From the NCBI GenBank assembly GCA_031384415.1, contig JANNAM010000001.1:30168-62167 (forward strand): DNA of 32,000 nucleotides, given 5' to 3'. The notes beneath the pieces are model-generated. The model was not told where the DNA came from. It did not search any database and saw only the letters and a program-made list of their open reading frames with translations. The stretch comes from Bacteroidota bacterium. Lineage in GTDB: Bacteria; Bacteroidota; Bacteroidia; Chitinophagales; Chitinophagaceae. This document shows, piece by piece, positions 17,762 to 25,484 of the stretch (the first letter of the stretch is position 1; each line of letters starts with the position of its first letter). The position numbers and the translations under genes were made by a program.

Positions 17762-17809
17762 CTCAACCTTAACCTCAACCTTACCATCAACCTCAACCTC
17801 AACCTCTGT
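17762..17809. repeat. Hexanucleotide tandem repeat, 7-8 units of CTCAAC (variants CTTAAC, CTTACC, ATCAAC)
   Basis: Strict 6-nt periodicity read directly. It is intergenic. Confidence 0.8.
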
Positions 17810-17870
17810 CCCAGCAGGGTTTTCACCGCTTACTCCCCGTAACAAAAACTTCTCCCGTGAAACCCCGCTG
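17807..17870 (+). repeat. Palindromic ~65-nt element, copy 1 (arms CAGCAGGGTTTTCAC / GTGAAACCCCGCTG)
   Basis: About 85-90% identical by eye to the copy at 18811-18881, in the same orientation. Confidence 0.7.
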
Positions 17871-18308
17871 TTGTGAACACTCCGTATTAAATACCTGCCA
17901 TTTATTAACTTAGCAGTATGCCTGTAAAATACCAACACTCCGATATTTACTGCATGTACTTTTGCACTTTCACCAGCTACAACTGGTTATCATTAATAGA
18001 AAAAAAACAGTTATGATTTAGTTTACAAATGGGTTACGCTTTCGAGTGTGCTGAAATAACTTTGATGGCGGTTGTGGCCTTGTATAAATTGCATGGCTTT
18101 TTTTAAACAAAAACTATACTGCTTTTGTGCTCATTAACATTGTGTGTATATTTATAGGGCGGCGCTGAGTGATGGGTTTTTTCACAAACTGACGTTGGCA
18201 GCAATTTTCGAGCTACCGTTTATTAATCGAAGTGAATATACTTTTAATCCTATCTTGTTTCGTAACATCCATCCTTTTGAGCAAAATTTTTAAACCGAAA
18301 ATTATAAC

Positions 18309-18755
18309 ATGAAAAAACTAATAATACTATCGATAGTTCTAAATGCATTCACGTCTGCTCCAAGTCAAACAAAAATATCAAATGAAGCAAAGTTAAAAGC
18401 TCAAATTATCGCCCTGGAAACATCCGGCTGGGAGGCCTGGAAAAAAAAGAATGGAAATTGGTTTCAGATCAATACGACAGACGAGTGTGTATGGATAAAT
18501 TCCGAAGGTATTAGTGATAAAGCGCAAATGATTAAATCTACTCAAACAGAGTGCACCGTTGCTAGCGTTGCCTTAAACGATTTCAAATTTGTTATGCTAA
18601 ATGAAAATACTGTTCTCTTAACTTATGTTGCTGTCCAGAATGGTTCATGTGGAAACAAAAAGCTACCGGAAAAAATTAGAGCTTCAGTCAACTACGTTAA
18701 GCGAGGAAAAAAATGGCTGGAAGCTTTCTACATGGAAACAACGCTTGCAGAGTAA
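18309..18755 (+). CDS. Secreted NTF2-like (DUF4440/SnoaL-fold) protein
   Basis: 148 aa. Signal peptide MKKLIILSIVLNAFTSAPSQ. The pattern E.SGWEAWKKKN...DFKFVMLNENTVLLTY...YVKRGKKWLEAFYMET resembles nuclear-transport-factor-2 family proteins. A spot count of one 60-nt line gives about 32% GC. Confidence 0.55.
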   Translation: MKKLIILSIVLNAFTSAPSQTKISNEAKLKAQIIALETSGWEAWKKKNGNWFQINTTDECVWINSEGISDKAQMIKSTQTECTVASVALNDFKFVMLNENTVLLTYVAVQNGSCGNKKLPEKIRASVNYVKRGKKWLEAFYMETTLAE

Positions 18756-18810
18756 AACATGATTCAACAGGTTAAACTTGCCGCCAAACTGCAGGCAACA
18801 GTGCATTTTT

Positions 18811-18881
18811 TGTCTCAGCGGGGTTTTCACTGCTTACTGCCCCTTAACAAAAAACTGTACCCGTGAAACCCCGCTGGGACA
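18811..18881 (+). repeat. Palindromic ~70-nt element, copy 2 (arms TGTCTCAGCGGGGTTTTCAC / GTGAAACCCCGCTGGGACA)
   Basis: A ~19-bp imperfect stem with a ~32-nt loop. It lies between the convergent stops of the NTF2-like gene (18755) and bshC (18898), so it may act as a bidirectional terminator. Confidence 0.7.
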
Positions 18882-18897
18882 GAAAATGGATGCAATT

Positions 18898-20496
18898 TCA
18901 TTGCTCTTCCAAAATACCAAACCCTTCCTGCAGCCCCAATGAATTTTCATGCAGCATTTTAATAAACCCGTTACCCCATTTTGCATAATAAGGCATTATA
19001 TTCTCCACTCTTTCCTGCAAACTGTTATTAGCAAACAACTGCATTTTTAATTTGTGCAACTGCCGCTGCTGTGCTTCAAATTTTCTCTTTGCTGCTTTCA
19101 GCATTTTCTTTTCCAGTGCTTCAATCTTTTTTAATGTATTTACCTGCAGGTTTTGGGTATGCTTTATTAAACTTACATCAACAGCGCCGGAGGTTTTTTG
19201 TAAGAACTGGTAAAAATTAACCAGACTTTGTTTTTCATTTTCCAGGGTTAACTGAACCGTGCTGTCTCTTTTCACCAGTTCATTCATCAGTTCCTCTTCG
19301 GGTTTAAATAAATCAGCCGGCGTAAAATTTAATTTGGCAAGCAATTCCCGGTGATTTTTTTCAATAATCAAAAAAGAATTACGCAATACCATTACAGGAA
19401 AAGGAACATCTACCGCTTCAAAAACCTTTTTAAGTTCCAGCCAATAAGCAATTTCGCCGCCGCCGCCTATAAAAACAATATTGGGCAAAATCATTTCCTG
19501 GAAAACCGGCCGCAGAATTACATTGGGGCTAAATCTTTCGGGGCTATTTTGAAGTTCTGATAATATCTCATTCTCTTCAAACTCAATTTTCGAATTTATA
19601 ATTTTGAATTTTGAATTATTTTTTTCAATTCGTTCCCTGCTGTCATCCTTCAAATAAAACAAATTCAGTTCCCGTCCACTTGCCTGTAATTTATATGCCG
19701 CCGGAAAAGCGGCCGCTGTTTCTTCCACCGCTTTATGAGAAAACTGTTCTTTTAATTCTTTTTCAATAACCGGGGCAAAAGCATTTTTGAGCACTGCATT
19801 ATCTGGCAATAAAACGATTAACCCATATTCTGCAAACAATGCATTGATTAACTGAAAAGTTGCCCTTTCAATAGTTGTTCCTTCTTTGTAACAATCCTTC
19901 ATCAGAGCAACAGTCTCTTTTCCAAAAGGATAAATCGTTAACTGCCCGCTGATAGTTTCAATTAATTTCACCAGGGGTTTATCCACTTTCATACGGCCCA
20001 CTGCGCCGGTTTGGTTTGTTTTCCATTCATATTTTTGGCCAAACAAATAAATATGCCCAAGTTCGTCCAGGTCGGCATCTTCGCTGCCCATGTAAAAAAC
20101 AGGAACAAAATTATTTTCGGGCAATTCCTTTTTTAAATCTGCGGCCAGTTTTATGGTATGAAGAATTTTATAAACAAAATACAAATGGCCGGTAAAAATA
20201 TTGGGCTGGTGGGCAGTAGTTATGGTAAAACAATTTTCATTGCTTAATTGCTTTATGTTTAATTGTTGCCGGGCTGTAATGTTTTCAGCAACATATTGTT
20301 TTTTTAAAACTTCTGTCAGTAATTTTCTGTCGGTGGGGTATTTTTTTCTTGCTTCAATGGCTGCTTTTATCCCATCAGGCGAAACAGCATGGGTATAAAA
20401 TGGCTGCAGTTTTTCATCTGCCTTCAAATAATCCAATATGATTTTAGAAAAATAACCGGTTTGTTCGTATGGCAGGTATTGAGCAGTAAAATCCAT
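18898..20496 (-). CDS. bshC: Bacillithiol biosynthesis cysteine-adding enzyme BshC
   Basis: 532 aa. The FYMGSEDADLDELGH block corresponds to WVAGEDHDLDEINFVH of B. subtilis BshC as I recall it. A Rossmann-like N-terminal part is followed by a long C-terminal coiled coil (KKIEALEKKMLKAAKRKFEAQQRQL). Confidence 0.8.
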   Translation of the reverse strand: MDFTAQYLPYEQTGYFSKIILDYLKADEKLQPFYTHAVSPDGIKAAIEARKKYPTDRKLLTEVLKKQYVAENITARQQLNIKQLSNENCFTITTAHQPNIFTGHLYFVYKILHTIKLAADLKKELPENNFVPVFYMGSEDADLDELGHIYLFGQKYEWKTNQTGAVGRMKVDKPLVKLIETISGQLTIYPFGKETVALMKDCYKEGTTIERATFQLINALFAEYGLIVLLPDNAVLKNAFAPVIEKELKEQFSHKAVEETAAAFPAAYKLQASGRELNLFYLKDDSRERIEKNNSKFKIINSKIEFEENEILSELQNSPERFSPNVILRPVFQEMILPNIVFIGGGGEIAYWLELKKVFEAVDVPFPVMVLRNSFLIIEKNHRELLAKLNFTPADLFKPEEELMNELVKRDSTVQLTLENEKQSLVNFYQFLQKTSGAVDVSLIKHTQNLQVNTLKKIEALEKKMLKAAKRKFEAQQRQLHKLKMQLFANNSLQERVENIMPYYAKWGNGFIKMLHENSLGLQEGFGILEEQ

Positions 20497-20589
20497 GAAA
20501 TAATTTTCTGTGCTGAAAAATATTCAACAAACTTACATGATTAGTTTTAAAATGCAGGGAGGGCTTTGTTAAATGAGAAACGGGTTTTT

Positions 20590-21897
20590 CTATATCACCT
20601 CTCCTTCAATATCATAATCGTAAGCTTTGGTAATTTTCACATTCACAAAATCGCCAATGGTAAGTTTCCTTTGGCTGTTAATGATAACTTCATTGTCTAC
20701 TTCCACGCTGTCAAACTCTGTGCGGCCAAGATAACGGCCTGCTTCTTTTTTATCAATCAGTACTTTAAATGTTTTGCCAAGCTTGGCCATGTTTTTTTCT
20801 AAAGAAATTTCCTGCTGGGTTTCCATTATCTCCTGTGCCCTTTCTTCTTTTTCTTCCTGTGGCACATCATCCGCCAAATCATAAGCACTCGTTCCTTCTT
20901 CGTGGCTGTAAGAAAAAATGCCCACCCTGTCAAAACGCATCTTTTGCAAAAATAGTTTCAGTTCTTCCACATCATCTCTTGTTTCGCCGGGGAAGCCGGC
21001 AATTAAAGTAGTTCGCAAACAAATATCCGGGATGCGGTTTCTTATTTCACTAATCAGTTCTTCCATTTCTTCCCTTGTTATTTGCCGCTTCATTGCCCTC
21101 AGCATATTGTTGGCGGCATGTTGCAGCGGCATGTCTAAGTAATTGCAGATGTTTTCCCGTTCCTTCATTGCATCAATTATCTCCAGCGGAAATTTACTGG
21201 GGTAAGCATAGTGCAAACGAATCCACTCCAGGCCCTGCACATCTGCAAGCGCATGTAACAATTTTGGCAGTTCTCTTTTCTTATAAATATCCAGGCCATA
21301 GTAAGTAAGTTCCTGGGCAATCAGCATCACTTCTTTTACTCCTCTTTGCACTAGGCGTTTTGCTTCATCCACCAGCGATTCAATTGGTCTGCTCACATGC
21401 TGGCCCCTCATTAGCGGAATGGCGCAAAATGAACAGGTGCGGTTGCAGCCTTCGCTTATTTTGATATAAGCATAATGCTGCGGTGTGTAAAGCAAACGTT
21501 CGCCAATCAAATCAGTTTTATAATCTACATTAAACTGTTTCAGCATACCCTGCAGTTCCATGGTGCCAAAAAAAGCATCCACTTCAGGTATTTCTTCTTC
21601 CAGGTTATTTTTATAGCGTTCGCTGAGGCAGCCGGTAACATACACTTTATCTAACTTTCCCCTTTTCTTCAATTCTACCTGCTGCAAAATGGTGTTGATG
21701 CTTTCTTCTTTTGCTTTTTCAATAAAACCGCAGGTGTTTACTATAACAATATTGTGGTCTTTCTTTGAGTTTTCATGCACCACATGTATGTCATTGGCCA
21801 GCAACTGGCCGCTCAGCACTTCGCTGTCAACCATATTCTTACTGCAACCCAGTGTGATGATATTTACCTTGTCTTTTTGTAATGTTTTTGTTTTCAT
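20590..21897 (-). CDS. rimO: Ribosomal protein S12 methylthiotransferase RimO (radical SAM)
   Basis: 435 aa. The N-terminal UPF0004 domain has three Cys (LGCSKN, NTCGFI, TGCL). The radical-SAM motif is CNRTCSFCAIP. A C-terminal TRAM domain is present. Confidence 0.88.
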   Translation of the reverse strand: MKTKTLQKDKVNIITLGCSKNMVDSEVLSGQLLANDIHVVHENSKKDHNIVIVNTCGFIEKAKEESINTILQQVELKKRGKLDKVYVTGCLSERYKNNLEEEIPEVDAFFGTMELQGMLKQFNVDYKTDLIGERLLYTPQHYAYIKISEGCNRTCSFCAIPLMRGQHVSRPIESLVDEAKRLVQRGVKEVMLIAQELTYYGLDIYKKRELPKLLHALADVQGLEWIRLHYAYPSKFPLEIIDAMKERENICNYLDMPLQHAANNMLRAMKRQITREEMEELISEIRNRIPDICLRTTLIAGFPGETRDDVEELKLFLQKMRFDRVGIFSYSHEEGTSAYDLADDVPQEEKEERAQEIMETQQEISLEKNMAKLGKTFKVLIDKKEAGRYLGRTEFDSVEVDNEVIINSQRKLTIGDFVNVKITKAYDYDIEGEVI

Positions 21898-22064
21898 AAA
21901 CGGGGCAAAGGTAAGAAGTTTGGCTTTGGGGTAATGAAAGAGCTAAGCGGTGATAATCAAACATTAACCACTCATCCGCTTAAAATATCGTTCATGAAAT
22001 ATTACTCAAAAATTACAGTTGTGTTTAGATAGCTTTGCGCTCAAATTTATAAAAAGTATATAGC

Positions 22065-24533
22065 ATGAAACAAAAACTACTACTTATCGCAATAACTGTA
22101 TTGCTCACAGCCTTTGGGGCAACTGCCCAAAACCGGGCTAAAATTACCGGGCAGGTAAAAAACAATGACGGCAATGGGGTGAAGGCTGCCACCATCATGT
22201 TAAATAAATCATCTGATTCTTCACTGGTTAAAACTGCTGTGTCGGATGCAAGAGGCAACTATGAAATGGAAGGCATTAAAGCAGGCAGCTATTTTATTAC
22301 TACCAGTTTTGTAGGAATAAAAAAAAGCTTTTCGCCCGTTTTTACTGTTAAAGACGGAGAAACATTTTCTGTGGCAGCCATTACCTTAAAACCTGCCGAA
22401 AAAAACCTGCAGGCTGTTAGCGTAACAAGCACTTACAAAAAACCAATGATAGAAGTGAAGGCTGATAAAACCATCCTGAATGTGGAAAGCAGCATTAACT
22501 CTACAGGGAGCAATGCCTTTGAACTGCTGCAAAAAGCACCGGGTGTTGTAACTGATAAAGATGATAACATTACATTGAAAGGTAAAAATGGTGTAAGGGT
22601 TTATATTGATGGCCGGCCTACTCAAATGAACAATGCTGATTTGGCTGCTTATCTTAAATCAATCAACTCGGTAGATATTGAATCAATTGAAATGATTGAC
22701 AACCCTTCTGCCAAATATGACGCAAGCGGCAATGCCGGCATCATCAATATCAAATTAAAAAAGAATAAAAAATACGGTACCAATGGTTCCTTTTCATCGG
22801 GGCTTAATGTGGGTGAAAGGCCAAAAACAAATATGGGTTTAAGTTTAAACAACCGCAATAAAAGACTTAACCTGTTTAGCAATTACAGCAATGGATGGAA
22901 TGACAACATCATGCATTTTAACTCGAACAGGAAACAGGGAGACAGTAATTATAGCCAGGTAAGCAAAATGCTGAACAAAGGCTGGAACCATAATATGAAA
23001 GCAGGTGCCGACCTGACTATAAACAAAGAACAAACCATTGGTTTTATTGCCACTTTAAATCTAAACAACTCAACAGGCCGTACTGAAAGCCGCACACCAA
23101 TCAGTTCATTAAGTACGGGCAAGGTTGGCAGCATATTATACGCCAACAACACAATCCCAACTAATACAAAAAATTTCAACTTCAATTTCAACTATCGTTT
23201 TGCTGATACTGCCGGGCATGAGTTTAACCTTGATGCAGACTTTGGTTCTTACAGAAGCCGTAAGAACAGTTTTCAGCCTAATAATTATTATGGTTTCTAC
23301 CCCGAAATATTTTTATACGATAGAATTTACCGCAACCAAACCCCCACTGATATAAAAATACGCACTGGCAAGTTTGATTACGAAACGCCATTTAAAAAAG
23401 GCAAACTGGGCGTTGGGGCAAAAGTAAGCGGTGTGCAAACTGATAATACATTTAATTTTTACAATGTTATCAGCGGATATGATATGATTGATTTAAACAG
23501 GAGCAATACTTTTACTTACAAAGAAAATATAAATGCATTGTATGTAAACTATAACCGTCCATTGGGTAAGAAGTTTACAGTACAGGCAGGTGTACGCATG
23601 GAAAACACCATAAGCGATGGCCAGTTAAAAAGGGCTGATGGCCTGCCCCAAGCCGATGACAGGGTGAAAAGAAATTACACAAATTATTTTCCCAGCGCTG
23701 CCATTACTTTTAATCAAAGTATGAACCATATTTATAACCTTACTTACAGCCGCAGGATTGACAGGCCCAATTACCAGGACTTAAACCCTTTTGAAAATAA
23801 AATAGACGAACTTAGTTATCAAAAAGGAAATGCTTTTCTTCGTCCGCAATATACTAATGCAGTATCGCTAACACATACTTACAAATACAGGTACAATATG
23901 TCAGTAAGCTATAGCCATATCAGCGATTATAAAGCACAAATAATTGATACTACCGAAAAAAGTAAATCGTATATCACACAAAAGAATTTGGCCAGCCAGG
24001 ATATATTCAATGTCAACCTGTCGCTGCCTTTTCAAATTACAAAGTGGTGGACGCTGTATGCAAACATCAATGCATACAACAGTAAGTACAAAGCAGATTT
24101 TGGGAATGGCAAAAAAATAAACATCAATGTTACTTCAGGTAACTTGTATATGTCAAACTCTTTTACGATTGGTGGTGGATACACAGGCGAAATTTCTGGT
24201 TTTGTAACCGCTCCTTCTGTTTGGGCAGGAACTTTCAAAAGCAGGGCATTGGGCACATTAGACCTTGGCCTGCAAAAATCATTGTTTAAAGGAAAGGGCA
24301 ATTTTAAAGTAAGTTATACCGACTTATTAAAAACCTTTAAATTCCGTGGCATCAGTGATTATGGTGGATCTTACATAGATGTTAGTGGCCACTGGGAAGC
24401 ACAGCAATATCGTATGAACTTTACATGGCGCTTTGGTAACAGCCAGGTGAAAGCAGCACGCCAGCGCCAAACAGCCAGCGAAGAAGAAAATAAAAGAACG
24501 CAGCAAACTGGTGGCGGCATAGGCGGTAATTAA
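22065..24533 (+). CDS. Outer-membrane beta-barrel receptor with CarboxypepD_reg-like and TonB-dependent plug domains
   Basis: Signal peptide MKQKLLLIAITVLLTAFGATAQ. GQVKNNDGNGVKAATIML...DARGNYEM is the carboxypeptidase-regulatory fold. The plug pattern is LLQKAPGV......I.L.G..GV.V.IDGRP...IESIE.I.NPSAKYDASGNAGIINI. A long beta-barrel ends in NFTWRFGN. Confidence 0.8.
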   Translation: MKQKLLLIAITVLLTAFGATAQNRAKITGQVKNNDGNGVKAATIMLNKSSDSSLVKTAVSDARGNYEMEGIKAGSYFITTSFVGIKKSFSPVFTVKDGETFSVAAITLKPAEKNLQAVSVTSTYKKPMIEVKADKTILNVESSINSTGSNAFELLQKAPGVVTDKDDNITLKGKNGVRVYIDGRPTQMNNADLAAYLKSINSVDIESIEMIDNPSAKYDASGNAGIINIKLKKNKKYGTNGSFSSGLNVGERPKTNMGLSLNNRNKRLNLFSNYSNGWNDNIMHFNSNRKQGDSNYSQVSKMLNKGWNHNMKAGADLTINKEQTIGFIATLNLNNSTGRTESRTPISSLSTGKVGSILYANNTIPTNTKNFNFNFNYRFADTAGHEFNLDADFGSYRSRKNSFQPNNYYGFYPEIFLYDRIYRNQTPTDIKIRTGKFDYETPFKKGKLGVGAKVSGVQTDNTFNFYNVISGYDMIDLNRSNTFTYKENINALYVNYNRPLGKKFTVQAGVRMENTISDGQLKRADGLPQADDRVKRNYTNYFPSAAITFNQSMNHIYNLTYSRRIDRPNYQDLNPFENKIDELSYQKGNAFLRPQYTNAVSLTHTYKYRYNMSVSYSHISDYKAQIIDTTEKSKSYITQKNLASQDIFNVNLSLPFQITKWWTLYANINAYNSKYKADFGNGKKININVTSGNLYMSNSFTIGGGYTGEISGFVTAPSVWAGTFKSRALGTLDLGLQKSLFKGKGNFKVSYTDLLKTFKFRGISDYGGSYIDVSGHWEAQQYRMNFTWRFGNSQVKAARQRQTASEEENKRTQQTGGGIGGN

Positions 24534-24552
24534 CGTTAGTTTTTAAACAAAT

Positions 24553-24582
24553 AAAACCACTTCATAACTGAAGTGGTTTTTT
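24553..24582. terminator. Bidirectional rho-independent terminator
   Basis: Perfect 11-bp stem AAAACCACTTC / GAAGTGGTTTT with a 6-nt loop. It is flanked by an A-rich tract on the left and T-rich tract on the right, between convergent stops at 24533 (+) and 24604 (-). Confidence 0.85.
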
Positions 24583-24603
24583 ATTGGATCATTTACAAAA
24601 TAT

Positions 24604-25389
24604 TTACAACTTGCTGTAAATACTTCTGTACCTGAAAACTTCTTTAGAATAATCTTTAGAAAAAGTATAAGTATCAACATCAAGGTTTTTTGTCAATGCC
24701 TTGTGTACATTTCCTTCTCCGCAGTTGTAGGCCGCAGTGATAGCTCGGTGCCAGGTATCGGTGGGTAGTTTTTGCTCCCAGCCCTTGCTTTTTAAAAAAG
24801 TTTTTTTACCATCCAAAACCTTCACAGCCATCATTGCAGTTTCATGTGGGTCAACCCATTTACCAGAATTTACAAAAGCTGCAAAAGAATCTATATCAAT
24901 TTGCCAAAACCCAAACCCATGATATATTTTTTTGGCATCGCCGGCCCGCTTTCCATAATCGCCTTTCATCAAAGGGCAAATTTCTGCAAATGAATTGCCA
25001 TGGTTTACGAAACGGGTAAATAAAAAACCTGTTTCCCTTGCACACATGCCGGCAAGCCAGTCTTCGGTGTAAATGCTGCCGGTAATTGCCTGCTTCATAA
25101 TATTGCCCAAATTATCTTTAATCCATTTCATCATTTTTTGATCGCTGTTTAGTTGCAATGGCTTTGGTTCACTGTCTGGGTTAAAGCCAAGTGCTGCAGC
25201 CTTGCCCAATGTTATACTGCCTGCCAGCCCTGTCGCCTGAATGCCATAAAATTTTTGAAACGCTAAGGTGGCTTCTTTTGTTTTGGGGCCAAAAGTGCCG
25301 TTGGGTTCAGCAGTAAAAAAACCCTGGACTTTAAGAAACTGCTGCCATTTTTTTACCAATGGTCCGCTGTCGTTTAGTTGAATTGCCAT
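24604..25389 (-). CDS. Leaderless peptidoglycan-binding (PG_binding_1) + goose-type lysozyme/GH23 muramidase, endolysin-like architecture
   Basis: The N-terminal GPLVKKWQQFLKVQGFF...DGxFG-like NGTFGPKTKEATLAFQKFYGI fits PG_binding_1. The C-terminal CARETG (putative catalytic E119), KGDYG...YHGFGFWQIDIDSF and ITAAYNCGEGNV...DVDTYT..KDYSKEVFRYRSIY parallel SRESHAG, GDRGNGFGLMQVD and ISAYNAGAGNV...DIGTT.DDYANDVVARAQYY of goose egg-white lysozyme as recalled. There is no hydrophobic N-terminus. An in-frame stop lies 18 codons upstream with no intervening start codon. Confidence 0.75.
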   Translation of the reverse strand: MAIQLNDSGPLVKKWQQFLKVQGFFTAEPNGTFGPKTKEATLAFQKFYGIQATGLAGSITLGKAAALGFNPDSEPKPLQLNSDQKMMKWIKDNLGNIMKQAITGSIYTEDWLAGMCARETGFLFTRFVNHGNSFAEICPLMKGDYGKRAGDAKKIYHGFGFWQIDIDSFAAFVNSGKWVDPHETAMMAVKVLDGKKTFLKSKGWEQKLPTDTWHRAITAAYNCGEGNVHKALTKNLDVDTYTFSKDYSKEVFRYRSIYSKL

Positions 25390-25484
25390 AAAAGTTAGAG
25401 TTTGATTGTTAAAATTATTGTTTAAAAAAAATGTATCCCATTATTTAGCCGAAAAGAAAGTTGTAGCTATTTTGTTATACACAT

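Noticed and set aside
16665-17809. Possible CRISPR array, given the heptamer and hexamer repeats
   Set aside because: The units are 6-7 nt and directly abutting, with no spacers, and no cas genes are present. These are simple tandem or inverted arrays, not CRISPR.
17626-17938. Minus-strand ORFs (66 and 79 aa) translating to RLRLRL... or EVEVEVDGKVEVKVE
   Set aside because: The periodic peptides simply reflect the CTCAAC hexamer repeat. The ORFs also run through a hairpin and the palindromic element, so they are not credible coding sequence.
22065-24533. SusC/SusD-type polysaccharide utilisation locus
   Set aside because: No SusD-like lipoprotein or glycoside hydrolase gene follows the receptor. 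The gene is terminated at once by a strong hairpin, and the protein resembles the plug plus OMP_b-brl_3 type rather than SusC.
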